Positions 27,143-36,335 of a DNA stretch of 64,000 nucleotides are shown here, in pieces. The stretch comes from Candidatus Kaiserbacteria bacterium (GTDB lineage: Bacteria; Patescibacteriota; Minisyncoccia; Phycocordibacterales; UBA2100), in contig JACRFK010000003.1 of the NCBI GenBank assembly GCA_016217925.1, positions 207,656-271,655 on the forward strand. The letters are read 5' to 3'. The stretch's first letter is position 1, and each line of letters begins with the position of its first letter. The position numbers and the translations under genes were made by a program. The notes under the pieces are model-generated. The model did no database searches. It saw nothing but the letters and a program-made list of their open reading frames with translations, and was not told the DNA's origin.

Positions 27143-27846
27143 TACAATCTGCGCACATGGAACCGAATTCTGGTAAAAAATTGGAAATCGTCGTTGACGG
27201 CATGGCGTGGCAGCGCCTGCCTCTCAGAACGCACGTCGTCGGGAAAGACGACAACATCACGGACGTTGTAAAAAAGTACGCGAGTCCGTATCTACGGAGC
27301 GGCGACATTCTTTTTTTGAGCGAACGCATCGTCGCCATCAGCCAGGGGCGCGCATACCCTATCAAAGACATTCATCCTTCATGGCTCGCGAAGCTCTTGG
27401 TAAAATTCGTTCACAAATCCCCCTACGGCATCGGGCTCGGCAGTCCGTGGACAATGGAGCTTGCCATCCGCGAGGCTGGCGCGTTCCGCATGCTTGTGGC
27501 TGCGTTTGCCGCGGCGATTACGAAGCCGTTCGGGATGAAAGGAGTCTTTTACCACGTCGCGGGCAACAACGTGAACGCGATAGACGGTCCGTGCGACTAT
27601 ACGCTCCCGCCCTACAATGATTATGCGAAATTGGGTCCGGCCAAGCCGATGAAAGTCGCAAAAGAGTTGAGCGCAGAAATTGGCGCCGACGTAATCATCA
27701 TTGACGCCAACGATCTCGGCGCGGCGGTACTCGGCAAATCGAATCCGGATATTACTGACGCATTCTGCAAAGCAGTCTTTAAAGATAACCCGCTCGGTCA
27801 GTCGACAGAACAAACTCCGCTTTGTATCGTCAGAAAAGTCGCATAA
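27139..27846 (+). CDS. Coenzyme F420:gamma-glutamyl ligase (CofE)-like protein
   Basis: GDILFLSERIVAISQGR, AIDG, IIDAND, DNPLGQSTEQTP. Confidence 0.8.
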   Translation: MIQSAHMEPNSGKKLEIVVDGMAWQRLPLRTHVVGKDDNITDVVKKYASPYLRSGDILFLSERIVAISQGRAYPIKDIHPSWLAKLLVKFVHKSPYGIGLGSPWTMELAIREAGAFRMLVAAFAAAITKPFGMKGVFYHVAGNNVNAIDGPCDYTLPPYNDYAKLGPAKPMKVAKELSAEIGADVIIIDANDLGAAVLGKSNPDITDAFCKAVFKDNPLGQSTEQTPLCIVRKVA

Positions 27847-27877
27847 GGAAAATATTTTGTGTACAATCTCCTTGTAA

Positions 27878-27950
27878 CCGCCTATAGCTCAGCTGGTAGA
27901 GCAACTGCCTCTTAAGCAGTGGGTCCCTGGTTCGAATCCAGGTGGGCGGA
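27878..27950 (+). tRNA. tRNA-Lys(CTT)
   Basis: CTGCC-TCTTAA-GCAG anticodon arm, GGTTCGAATCC. Confidence 0.95.
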
Positions 27951-28233
27951 CTTGAGACAAAAAGAGCACCTGCGTGCCCTTTTTGCTTACAAGTCCGAGA
28001 CGGAGCGCTGTGAGGCCAGCAGGCCGAACCGCGAGTCGTGGTCAGAAAATCTTTGCTGCGACGGCAGCAAAGATATTTGTGACGACGAAAAATCTGTTAG
28101 GATACGCGGGTTGGGCTCCCGATTTGTCTACGCCTCGCGCAGCTACAAATCGCAGTCCTCCTGAGGGCAGGTGGCGAAATTGGCGAATCAGCTGATTCGT
28201 GGCTTGGCCATGAAAACGCGCTCTTTTCAAAGT

Positions 28234-28315
28234 GCTGGGGTGGTGAAATTGGCAGACACGCAAGGTTTAGGACCTTGTGCCGCAAGGCGTGGAGGTTCAA
28301 GTCCTCTCCCCAGCA
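28234..28315 (+). tRNA. tRNA-Leu(TAG)
   Basis: CAAGG-TTTAGGA-CCTTG arm, long variable arm. Confidence 0.95.
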
Positions 28316-28338
28316 CTTTGAACGGAACAAACAAATAG

Positions 28339-28650
28339 TTACTGAAAGAAACTCCCCGGTAGCATGATGTTGTTGGCGCGCGAGACGTCCGGATTGCGAA
28401 AGTCGAGGCCGAAGGTGTTGTCGAGCAGGTCGAGAATGCCGTAGACCGAGACCATGATGAGCATGCCTATGATGCCCCAGAGCATGTGCTGTTTTCCTTC
28501 TTCATTCTCCCCTCCCTCGTTCAAATTCCAGAGGAACTCCACGAGCCCGTAGACGAACAGAAAAAAGCCGGCCGCGAAGACGACAAGTATCACCGGATTT
28601 ATAATGTAGGTCACGAACCGGTCCATTATGTTCGTTGCTGCGTTTGTCAT
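28339..28650 (-). CDS. VirB2/TrbC-like pilin
   Basis: Two TM helices; GKQHMLWGIIGMLIMVSVYGI. Confidence 0.8.
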   Translation of the reverse strand: MTNAATNIMDRFVTYIINPVILVVFAAGFFLFVYGLVEFLWNLNEGGENEEGKQHMLWGIIGMLIMVSVYGILDLLDNTFGLDFRNPDVSRANNIMLPGSFFQ

Positions 28651-28706
28651 AGTTAGACAGAGGCGATCAATAATGCGCCTTTTGGTTCACGAGAGATGCA
28701 TCCCTC

Positions 28707-29069
28707 TTAGTAGCCGCCGACGCCGGTGTTGATCTGAATGCCTTTTGGAATGACCGGGTCAGTGGAGGTCACCTTAAATGTGCTCTGCAAAAGGCGGATG
28801 ATGCCCCAGATGGAGACCATGACGAAGATGGCAATAACCCCATAGAACATGATAGATAAGCCTTCGCTCGCCTCCTCACCTGCGTGCATGAGGTACCTGA
28901 TAAGACCCCAGAAGAAAACGACGATCGCGAGCGTGATGAAGAGACCTATCATCGCGTTCAAGAACGTGTTGAAGAGGGCGAGTGTATCAAGCAGTGTCGC
29001 AGCACTTGCGAGCGCGGGGAGTGCGAGTGTCGCCGCTGCAAGAACCGAAGAACCTAGTATTTTACGCAT
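28707..29069 (-). CDS. VirB2/TrbC-like pilin
   Basis: Signal peptide (LPALASA), two TMs, MFYGVIAIFVMVSIWGII; GGAGG SD. Confidence 0.8.
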   Translation of the reverse strand: MRKILGSSVLAAATLALPALASAATLLDTLALFNTFLNAMIGLFITLAIVVFFWGLIRYLMHAGEEASEGLSIMFYGVIAIFVMVSIWGIIRLLQSTFKVTSTDPVIPKGIQINTGVGGY

Positions 29070-29341
29070 AAAATATAATATATGACCTCCGCTTTAGCTA
29101 ATATCTATGTACCTTAATGGTATAGCTATGCGCCTAAAACACAATATATGTTTGGGGATAACCGACTCCGCCGTGAGGTGACCCCGCTCGAAGAGAGCGC
29201 CCGTAGGGGCCGAATGTCGGCTACTGCCGATATGAGGCGGGTCAGGCACGCGCGAGCACGCGCGGGCCAAAAGTCGAGAAGGGTCCGGCACGTGCGGGCG
29301 CAAGCGACTCGCGGGCGTAGAGCGCACTGCCAACGAAGACA

Positions 29342-29752
29342 TTAGTGCTCCGCTGATTCTTTCTTCTCCCCGCCTCCCGATTTCGCAGCGATAACAACGA
29401 TGATCCAGACGATGATGACGGCTAGAATAAAGGACCCAACAAAGCGTGCTTCGCGCGGATGATACTGGAAGAATTGGACGATAGCCAAAAGCACGACCAG
29501 AACGAAAAGAATGACGACCGACCACTCCATGATCTTGATCGCTTCGGTGCGATACGTCGGCCACGTTCCAAGGCGCACGAACCACACGACAAACCCGGTG
29601 CCATAGATGACAAGCGCCGTCGTAAGCATAAGTCCTACGAACACGTTGAAAAGTCCTACCGCCTGCGCGAAGGAGGTTTCGGCACTTGCGTACACGGGCA
29701 ACACAAGCACGAGAGGCGCAAAAAGACGTAAGAAGTATAGTGTTGTTCGCAT
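29342..29752 (-). CDS. Pilin-like membrane protein (signal plus 3 TM)
   Basis: LPVYASA signal; hydrophobic helices; lies inside the pilin cluster. Confidence 0.65.
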   Translation of the reverse strand: MRTTLYFLRLFAPLVLVLPVYASAETSFAQAVGLFNVFVGLMLTTALVIYGTGFVVWFVRLGTWPTYRTEAIKIMEWSVVILFVLVVLLAIVQFFQYHPREARFVGSFILAVIIVWIIVVIAAKSGGGEKKESAEH

Positions 29753-29762
29753 ATGGAATTCT

Positions 29763-30149
29763 CTATTCAGAAACAAATTGCGGTGTCTCGAAGCCGTTCG
29801 ACGCTGTCTGTACCTCACCAGTCGTCGGATTACCGACGCTGCCGCCGAAGAGCGTATCTTGCAACAGGCGTAAGATGCCCCAGATGGAGACCATCACGAA
29901 TAGAACAATGATGCCCCACAAAAAATACGCCCTGAGCTTTTCTCCGGCCTCATTGCTGAAATTAAGGATGTTGGTGGAAACTCCGTAGAAATAGACGACG
30001 ATGCCCGCGACCACGAGGACCGCCGTCGCGTCATTGAGTATGGTGACTACTACGTTGGAAAGCTCGAGAAATGTGCGCGGAGCCGAGGCAAAAGCCACCG
30101 CCGGCGTTGTGAGGAGTGCAAGGGCAAACACAAAGCGGAGCAGCGACAT
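29763..30149 (-). CDS. VirB2/TrbC-like pilin
   Basis: TPAVAFA signal; FLWGIIVLFVMVSIWGIL. Confidence 0.8.
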   Translation of the reverse strand: MSLLRFVFALALLTTPAVAFASAPRTFLELSNVVVTILNDATAVLVVAGIVVYFYGVSTNILNFSNEAGEKLRAYFLWGIIVLFVMVSIWGILRLLQDTLFGGSVGNPTTGEVQTASNGFETPQFVSE

Positions 30150-30150
30150 A

Positions 30151-30516
30151 TCAGTTGCCGACGAGTTGTGTGACGGTCCCACCGATGAGTGTTGCGATAA
30201 CCCACGCACCGAGGATGAGCAGTGCGCCGATAATGACATATACAAAATTCTTTTTCGCTTCCTCAAGCTTGCTCGAATTGCCGCGTGCAAAAACGAACAT
30301 AAAGCCTGCTATGACGATAAAAAGCGCGATTATCGGCAGCGCAACGATGACAAGCACCTTCAATGCGCCTGCGATGAACGCGGGGATGGTACTGAAGTTG
30401 CTATTAAGCGGGTTCTCGAGATCTGCGTGCGCGATCACCACAGTGGCGAATGTGATAGCCGCGGAAGCAGCCACGGACGCAAGATGATGCGTGGTTCGAG
30501 TGAGGTGTTTCATCAT
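30151..30516 (-). CDS. VirB2/TrbC-like pilin
   Basis: LENPL...ARGNSSKLEEAKKNFVYVIIGALLILGAW. Confidence 0.85.
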   Translation of the reverse strand: MMKHLTRTTHHLASVAASAAITFATVVIAHADLENPLNSNFSTIPAFIAGALKVLVIVALPIIALFIVIAGFMFVFARGNSSKLEEAKKNFVYVIIGALLILGAWVIATLIGGTVTQLVGN

Positions 30517-31814
30517 AAGCCCAAAATATGTGCCATCTCCTGGTCCGCGCGCTGTACAGCCTCGGTGACAAGCAGTGTACCGCTCGTCGTATTCTCAATC
30601 ATAGCTTGGAAAAGTGCGCTTGTCTTATCGGGGTCGGGATCGAGCCAGGAGTGCGCAAGAATAGCTTGTTTGTTGAAGAGATCGTCGTTGCCCTGTGCCG
30701 GCTTGTTGAGGATGTCACGGCGTGCGCTTGGTATTCCGAGCGCAGTTGAGAGAGGACCGGCCGTATCGGCAGAGACGAGAAGGAATGCGACGGTAATTGC
30801 CCCTCCGGGATTCTTGCCCGCGCGAGAAGCCGCTAGAGCCCAAACGCGCCCCGTGTTAAGCGTGTTCTTTGCTGCGCGTACCTGCGGCATTGGCGCCACG
30901 GCATAATTGAGATTCGGGTTCATGCGTGTGATGCGCGGAGCCTCGCTTGCGTAGCCGATATAAAGAGCCACGTCGCCGGAGGCAAATGCTTTTTGGGATT
31001 CGGGAAGCGAGCGGCTCCAAGAGTAGTCGTTCTTCGACGGGTCGGAGAATTCCGTATAGAAACGCAGGGCGGAGGCCGTTGATTGTATCGACGTCGCCCC
31101 GACGCGCGGCGCGAGCGCCGGTGTGAGACGTCCGGCGTTATCAAATGCCGTAATATCACCACCAGCTTGAAGTATGAGAGTCGCGAGAATATCTTTTGCG
31201 TTCGTCACATTCCTGTATTCGCCGAGTGCGATCGCCGATTTCACGATCGAGCCACTCTCGTTGCGCTCACTCGTCTTTTGCGCAATACCGAAAAGCTCAT
31301 CCCAATACTTCGGCGGTTGTGCGTATCCGGCAGAGGCGAGCATGTCTTTGTTCCAGTAGAGGACGAGTGGATCGGCGAGAAGCGGCACAGCTATCACACC
31401 GTTTTGTGCGAGAAATGGTCTTGCCGCCTCGACGAACGTACTCTCAAATTGAGTCCGGGATAAAGCGGAGAACGGGATCACTGATACTTTACCCGCATTT
31501 TTTAGGGCGTAATCCTGTCGCATTAAGAAAAGGTCGGGGCCAGCCCCGCTTGCAAGCGCGTTGATGAGATCCGCCTCGAAAGTCACTGGATCTTTTTGCT
31601 CGTAGGTTACCTGACTCAACTGTGCGTTGTTCTCGGCGGCTTGGCGAAGGACGGTAGCGAAGGCATTCTGATCGAGTGTGCCCCATATACGTACCGGCCC
31701 GATCGCACTGCCTTGCCCGCCACCGATAGCAAGCGCGAATATGAGCACGCCGGAAATGGCGAGACCGCCAAAAACGACGAGTAGTGTTATCTGGAACATC
31801 GAAAGTTTTTTCAT
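30513..31814 (-). CDS. Membrane-anchored extracellular solute-binding protein (family 1-like)
   Basis: N-terminal TM, ALASGAGPDLF, LVLYWNKD, PPKYWDE, AFASGDVALY. Confidence 0.88.
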   Translation of the reverse strand: MKKLSMFQITLLVVFGGLAISGVLIFALAIGGGQGSAIGPVRIWGTLDQNAFATVLRQAAENNAQLSQVTYEQKDPVTFEADLINALASGAGPDLFLMRQDYALKNAGKVSVIPFSALSRTQFESTFVEAARPFLAQNGVIAVPLLADPLVLYWNKDMLASAGYAQPPKYWDELFGIAQKTSERNESGSIVKSAIALGEYRNVTNAKDILATLILQAGGDITAFDNAGRLTPALAPRVGATSIQSTASALRFYTEFSDPSKNDYSWSRSLPESQKAFASGDVALYIGYASEAPRITRMNPNLNYAVAPMPQVRAAKNTLNTGRVWALAASRAGKNPGGAITVAFLLVSADTAGPLSTALGIPSARRDILNKPAQGNDDLFNKQAILAHSWLDPDPDKTSALFQAMIENTTSGTLLVTEAVQRADQEMAHILGL

Positions 31815-31876
31815 CCCGCTCTTTTTATGTTTGTAAATATTGTTTTCATAGTACTCCAAATTTTGAAAGGGCGGGA
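31814..31876. mobile_element. MITE-like inverted-repeat element at the solute-binding gene start
   Basis: TCCCGCTCTTT...AAAGGGCGGGA with TTCA duplicated at 31810-31813 and 31877-31880. Confidence 0.8.
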
Positions 31877-31877
31877 T

Positions 31878-32477
31878 TCATGATGTTTTTTGCGGGACGA
31901 GACGAAGGATCAGCCCATAATGATGGCCCCCTGCGGAAAATTCGCGTAACAGTTTGAAGCCGTTTTCCTGTGCGAGCTTGAGCGCCTTCTCTTTTCCGAC
32001 AATAGCCTCCTTGCTTGGACCGAAGGAACTTGCCCCGTTGGAACGCGAAACGTTTCCAATGGGGTCGCTCCAATCAATGATAGCAAGTTTTCCCGTGGGT
32101 TTGAGTACTCTCCACGCTTCGGCAAGCACTGCGGCTTTGTTCTCGATCTGGAACAAAAGATTCGAGATGAGCACAAGGTCGAGCGTCTTGTCCGCAATTT
32201 TGGAGGCCCCCGGGTGTTCGAGGTCCGTCCATATCACATCCACATTCTTGAATCCGCGCCGATGTGCCTCGTTCTTCACTCGTTTCAAGAGGTCCTGCTG
32301 CACATCTATTGCGTATACACGGCCAGCATGTTCGAGCGCCTCGGCGATATGGAGTACGTAGATGCCGCTGCCCGAGCCAAAATCGGCGACTGACATTCCG
32401 GGCTCAACACCGAGCGCCGCGACATTGCGCTTCGGGTGCGCAAAACTCGCCGTCTGTAGCGGAGTACTTGTAGACAT
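31878..32477 (-). CDS. Class I SAM-dependent methyltransferase
   Basis: VADFGSGSG, VYAIDVQ, RVLKPTGKLAIIDW. Confidence 0.9.
   Translation of the reverse strand: MSTSTPLQTASFAHPKRNVAALGVEPGMSVADFGSGSGIYVLHIAEALEHAGRVYAIDVQQDLLKRVKNEAHRRGFKNVDVIWTDLEHPGASKIADKTLDLVLISNLLFQIENKAAVLAEAWRVLKPTGKLAIIDWSDPIGNVSRSNGASSFGPSKEAIVGKEKALKLAQENGFKLLREFSAGGHHYGLILRLVPQKTS
32033..32064. repeat. Miniature CCCCGTT-type palindrome in frame in the methyltransferase
   Basis: CCCCGTTGGAA-cgcgaaacgt-TTCCAATGGGG; peptide PIGNVSRSNG. Confidence 0.6.
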
Positions 32478-32541
32478 TGCGTACAGTATATACTGCGCGC
32501 GAGTTCGCGAGCTCTATAAGAAAGCGCTCCTGGGGAAATTC

Positions 32542-35091
32542 TTATTCTGCTACGGCGACCGCTTCGAACACCACGAACGATGCGACCGAATCCCCTTCGC
32601 GCATTTTCATCACACGCACTCCCTGCGTCGCGCGACTGAGGGTCGGGATTTCGTCTAAACCTGTACGAATGGTCTGACTTTTCTTGGACATCGCGACGAG
32701 CTCGCCGCCGCGCGCGAGCACAACTGCGGCGCCGACAAGCTGCTTGGTCTTTGCGGTGATTGACATCGTTTTGATACCGCTACCGCCGCGACCCTGCTTC
32801 TTGTATTCCGAAAGTTTTGTCTTCTTGCCGTACCCTGTCGAAGAAAGAACGAGAAGCTCGGCGTCTTTTCCTCCGGAGGAGGATCTGCCTCCGGCAGACA
32901 CGCCCTTCGGTACGATGCCCGTGCCGACGATGTTATCTCCGCTTCCCAGTTTCATGCCGCGCACACCCGCCGCCTGCCGGCCCATCTCACGCACGTCTTT
33001 GACCGCGAAGCGAATGGCCTGCCCTTTCGACGTCGCCAAGACCGCATCATCACCCGGGTATACGAATTGTGCGGAAATAAGGGCGTCGCCCTTGTCGAGG
33101 CCGATGGCGATAAGCCCGCTGCGGCGTACCTCGTGGAATTGCGACGCGGCTACGCGCTTCACCGTACCATTCCTCGTCGCCATCAGGAGCGAGAGACCTT
33201 CGACGGCTTTCTTTTCTTTCGGCATCGCGAGGATGGAGGTGATTTGTTCGCCTTGTTCAAGCGAGATGAAATTCATAATGGATTTTCCCTTGGTGGCGCG
33301 CTTGCCTTCGGGGAGGTCGTACATTTTGAGCTGGTAGACTTTGCCGCGGTCCGAGAAAAAGAGGAGGTCCGAGTGCGCGCTTGCGGTCAAAAATTGCGTG
33401 ACGAAATCTTCTTCCTTGGTGTCGAGGTCGACGACGCCGACGCCGCCGCGCTTTTGCCTGCGGTACTCAGCCGGATTCGTGCGCTTGATGTAGCCGCCCT
33501 GCGTGAGTACCAAGACGGAGTCCTCGTCGGCAATCAGGTCTTCGGCGGAAAGTATCGTCGCGCCGCGCTTCACGATTTTCGTGCGGCGGTCGTCGCCGTA
33601 CTTTTCGACGACCTCGCGCAACTCCTTCTTGATGAGCTCCATGAGCTTCTTCTCGCTCTTCAAAAGCGCGGTCAATTCTTCGATGAGCGTCTGTACCGCT
33701 TTCAATTCGTCTTCTATCTTCTTGCGTTCGAGCCCCGCGAGCTTTTGCAGACGCATGTCGAGAATCGCATTGGCCTGCAGCTCGGAAAATCTTCCTCCGA
33801 AGGAGGACCCGCCTCCGGCGGGGATCTTTCCCATCAACTGCGCCCGCGCGTCGTCCACGTCTTTGGACTTCTTGATGAGCCTGATTATCTCGTCGATGTG
33901 GTCAAGCGCTTTCTTTAGGCCGAGAAGGATATGCTCGCGCGCCTGTGCGATTTTGAGATCGTACCGGGTGCGGCGTGTGACCACCTCTTTGCGGTGCGCG
34001 ACGAAGTATTCAAGAAGTGCTTTGAGCGAAAGCGTCTGCGGCACGCCATCGACGAGCGCGACGACGTTGTAGTGGAAGGTCTCTTCAAGCTGCGTGTGTT
34101 TGTAGAGATAATTGAGCACCGTCTGGGCGTTGGCGTTGTTCTTCAATTCGATGACAACGCGGATGTCTTTGGTGCTTTCGTCGCGGATATCGCGGATGCC
34201 TTCGAGCTTTTTTTCATGCACGAGGTCGGCGATTTTCGTGAGCAGGTCCGACTTATTTACGCGAAACGGTATCGAGGTGACGACTATCTGATAGTCGCCC
34301 TTCTTGCCCTCGGCAATTTCCGCATCTCCGCGCACGACGACTCCCCCGCGGCCCGTGGTGTATGCGTGTCTGATGTCGGTCTGATTGAAAGCGATACAAC
34401 CTGTTGGGAAATCCGGCCCTTGAACGAATTTCAAAAGGTCTTCGGTCGTCGCATCGGGATTTTCTATCAGGTGAATGGTCGCCTCGCCGACTTCGCGGAG
34501 ATTGTGCGGAGGGATGTTGGTCGCCATACCGACCGCGATGCCGAGCGTGCCGTTCAGAAGAAGATTGGGTGTTGCTGATGGCAAGACGGTCGGCTCCTGC
34601 TTTGTGTTGTCATAATTCGGAGCGTAATCCACCGTCTCTTTCTCGATATCGCGCATCATCTCGCCCGCGAGCCGCGACATCTTGGCTTCGGTATAGCGGT
34701 AGGCGGCCGCACCGTCGCCGTCGATGGAGCCGAAGTTGCCTTGGCCCACGATGAGCGGGTAGCGCATCGTGAAATCCTGCGCCATCTTCACCATCGCGTC
34801 GTACACCGATGCGTCGCCGTGCGGATGGTATTTGCCGAGCACGTCGCCGACCACGGTCGCGGATTTGCGGGTCTTGGCTGAGACGGTGAGACCGGCTTCT
34901 TGCATCGCGAATAGGATGCGGCGGTGTACCGGCTTGAGCCCATCGCGGACATCGGGAAGTGCGCGCGCGGTGATGACGGACATCGCGTAGTCGAGGTACG
35001 ACTCGCGCATTTCGGTCGAGATAGAACGAGCGCGGACCCCTTCGGGTCGCGCTATCGGAGCAGATGTTTCCTCGTTTTTCCTCGCTGCCAT
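32542..35091 (-). CDS. gyrA: DNA gyrase subunit A
   Basis: [41 protein letters not shown], GyrA box QKRGGVG. Confidence 0.98.
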   Translation of the reverse strand: MAARKNEETSAPIARPEGVRARSISTEMRESYLDYAMSVITARALPDVRDGLKPVHRRILFAMQEAGLTVSAKTRKSATVVGDVLGKYHPHGDASVYDAMVKMAQDFTMRYPLIVGQGNFGSIDGDGAAAYRYTEAKMSRLAGEMMRDIEKETVDYAPNYDNTKQEPTVLPSATPNLLLNGTLGIAVGMATNIPPHNLREVGEATIHLIENPDATTEDLLKFVQGPDFPTGCIAFNQTDIRHAYTTGRGGVVVRGDAEIAEGKKGDYQIVVTSIPFRVNKSDLLTKIADLVHEKKLEGIRDIRDESTKDIRVVIELKNNANAQTVLNYLYKHTQLEETFHYNVVALVDGVPQTLSLKALLEYFVAHRKEVVTRRTRYDLKIAQAREHILLGLKKALDHIDEIIRLIKKSKDVDDARAQLMGKIPAGGGSSFGGRFSELQANAILDMRLQKLAGLERKKIEDELKAVQTLIEELTALLKSEKKLMELIKKELREVVEKYGDDRRTKIVKRGATILSAEDLIADEDSVLVLTQGGYIKRTNPAEYRRQKRGGVGVVDLDTKEEDFVTQFLTASAHSDLLFFSDRGKVYQLKMYDLPEGKRATKGKSIMNFISLEQGEQITSILAMPKEKKAVEGLSLLMATRNGTVKRVAASQFHEVRRSGLIAIGLDKGDALISAQFVYPGDDAVLATSKGQAIRFAVKDVREMGRQAAGVRGMKLGSGDNIVGTGIVPKGVSAGGRSSSGGKDAELLVLSSTGYGKKTKLSEYKKQGRGGSGIKTMSITAKTKQLVGAAVVLARGGELVAMSKKSQTIRTGLDEIPTLSRATQGVRVMKMREGDSVASFVVFEAVAVAE
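32869..32898. repeat. 30-bp double-hairpin repeat in frame in gyrA CTD
   Basis: TCCTCC-GGA-GGAGGA TCTGCC-TCC-GGCAGA; peptide [10 protein letters not shown]. Confidence 0.8.
33793..33822. repeat. 30-bp double-hairpin repeat in frame in gyrA
   Basis: TCCTCC-GAA-GGAGGA CCCGCC-TCC-GGCGGG; peptide [10 protein letters not shown]. Confidence 0.8.
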
Positions 35092-35241
35092 GATGGACAC
35101 ATTATAGCAAAAAACGGCCCTCCATGCACGCTCACTTTGTCGGCGGTTTATTGACTTTCGACGCCATTCAACGCATACTCTTGGCTGTAAATAGTTGCGT
35201 TTTGTTGCGTCTGCGTTTCCCCAAAATAGGAGAAACCAGCG

Positions 35242-35514
35242 ATGCAGAAAAAGAAAGAGGGGGTAGGCGTGAAGACCGACCCCTTGGCCCTGCGCGTTAC
35301 GAGCTGCACACCGACCGAATGCGAAGTTGATGTGCCGAATGAGTTCCTGACGCTTTTCTGTAGACGGTGTCAGGACGGCACGGCGATGTGCACAAGTTGG
35401 TCGCGGTGGAGTAGTGACTCCCCCGGTTCCCCTTCACCTTCGGCGCGAGCCGAAGCAGAGAAAGTCGCCACAGAAGCAATCAGGAAGAAGCGGGAGGAGG
35501 CGCCGGCAGCATGA
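35242..35514 (+). CDS. Cys-rich hypothetical protein
   Basis: AGGAG SD; CxxxxC and CxxC; ATGA overlap with the next ORF. Confidence 0.55.
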   Translation: MQKKKEGVGVKTDPLALRVTSCTPTECEVDVPNEFLTLFCRRCQDGTAMCTSWSRWSSDSPGSPSPSARAEAEKVATEAIRKKREEAPAA

Positions 35515-35894
35515 CTAAAATGTACAAGGGAAGGCCCGTCAAAGGCTTTCGAGACCCGCCGCCACCCATCCCAGTCATCTATCGCGGTACCCACGAAGAC
35601 GCAGAGGGCAACCTCGTCGCGGAGTGTCTCGTCGTGCACGGGAAGCGGAAGTTCTGCTTCTGGTGTTCGCAACCGCTCGGAGAAAAGACCGCATGGAGTG
35701 AAGTGCACGGCATGGTAGTCGACGACCGCATTCTCCCGGAGCTGCCGCGGGGATTCGAGAAACTGCGGCCGCTTCGCAAACCCGGAAAGTTCGTGTCGTA
35801 TCAGGCGAAACGAGCAGCTTTCGCTGTCCTGCGAGAAGTGCGGTCAAAAGAACACTTTCGCAGGACGCACCCTTCGCTCTTTCCTGAAGCCTGA
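35511..35894 (+). CDS. Hypothetical protein (CFWC motif)
   Basis: GGAGG SD, coupled to the upstream ORF, terminator follows. Confidence 0.55.
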   Translation: MTKMYKGRPVKGFRDPPPPIPVIYRGTHEDAEGNLVAECLVVHGKRKFCFWCSQPLGEKTAWSEVHGMVVDDRILPELPRGFEKLRPLRKPGKFVSYQAKRAAFAVLREVRSKEHFRRTHPSLFPEA

Positions 35895-35904
35895 ACTGGA
35901 CAAG

Positions 35905-35940
35905 TCCCACCGCGAAGTTTCGCGGTGGGCGATTTTTTTT
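35905..35940 (+). terminator. Intrinsic terminator
   Basis: CCCACCGCGA-agtt-TCGCGGTGGG followed by T8. Confidence 0.8.
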
Positions 35941-36313
35941 AATAAGTCGGATTTTGGGTGCCGAATTGGTCGGGCTGGTTGCCTTGCTGCTCTTGCACAC
36001 CCGTTTGCTGTTGGAATTGCATCTGCCCCGATGCTGCATCGTCGCGGAGCTTTTGGAGATCTTGGGGAGAGACAGTGAATTGTTGCTGCAATTGCTCCTG
36101 CGCATCTCTAACGCTCGAAAAATTGAATTCATCTTGCGCGCCGCCGCTCAGATTGAGCTGCTGTGAATTTCTCTGGATGTTACGAAAGAAAAATATCGCC
36201 CATGCGGCGAGGAGGACTACGACTACAGAGATAGCGATGCCGCTCGCGACGGCTACTTTGTCGTCCTTCGGCCCCTGCTTGAGATTGTTTATCGCCTTCT
36301 GGACCACCATCAC
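35939..36313 (-). CDS. Single-TM, Gln-rich hypothetical protein
   Basis: One hydrophobic helix and a Q-rich tail. Confidence 0.7.
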   Translation of the reverse strand: MMVVQKAINNLKQGPKDDKVAVASGIAISVVVVLLAAWAIFFFRNIQRNSQQLNLSGGAQDEFNFSSVRDAQEQLQQQFTVSPQDLQKLRDDAASGQMQFQQQTGVQEQQGNQPDQFGTQNPTY

Positions 36314-36335
36314 ACTATTGTACTATATTGTCGCG

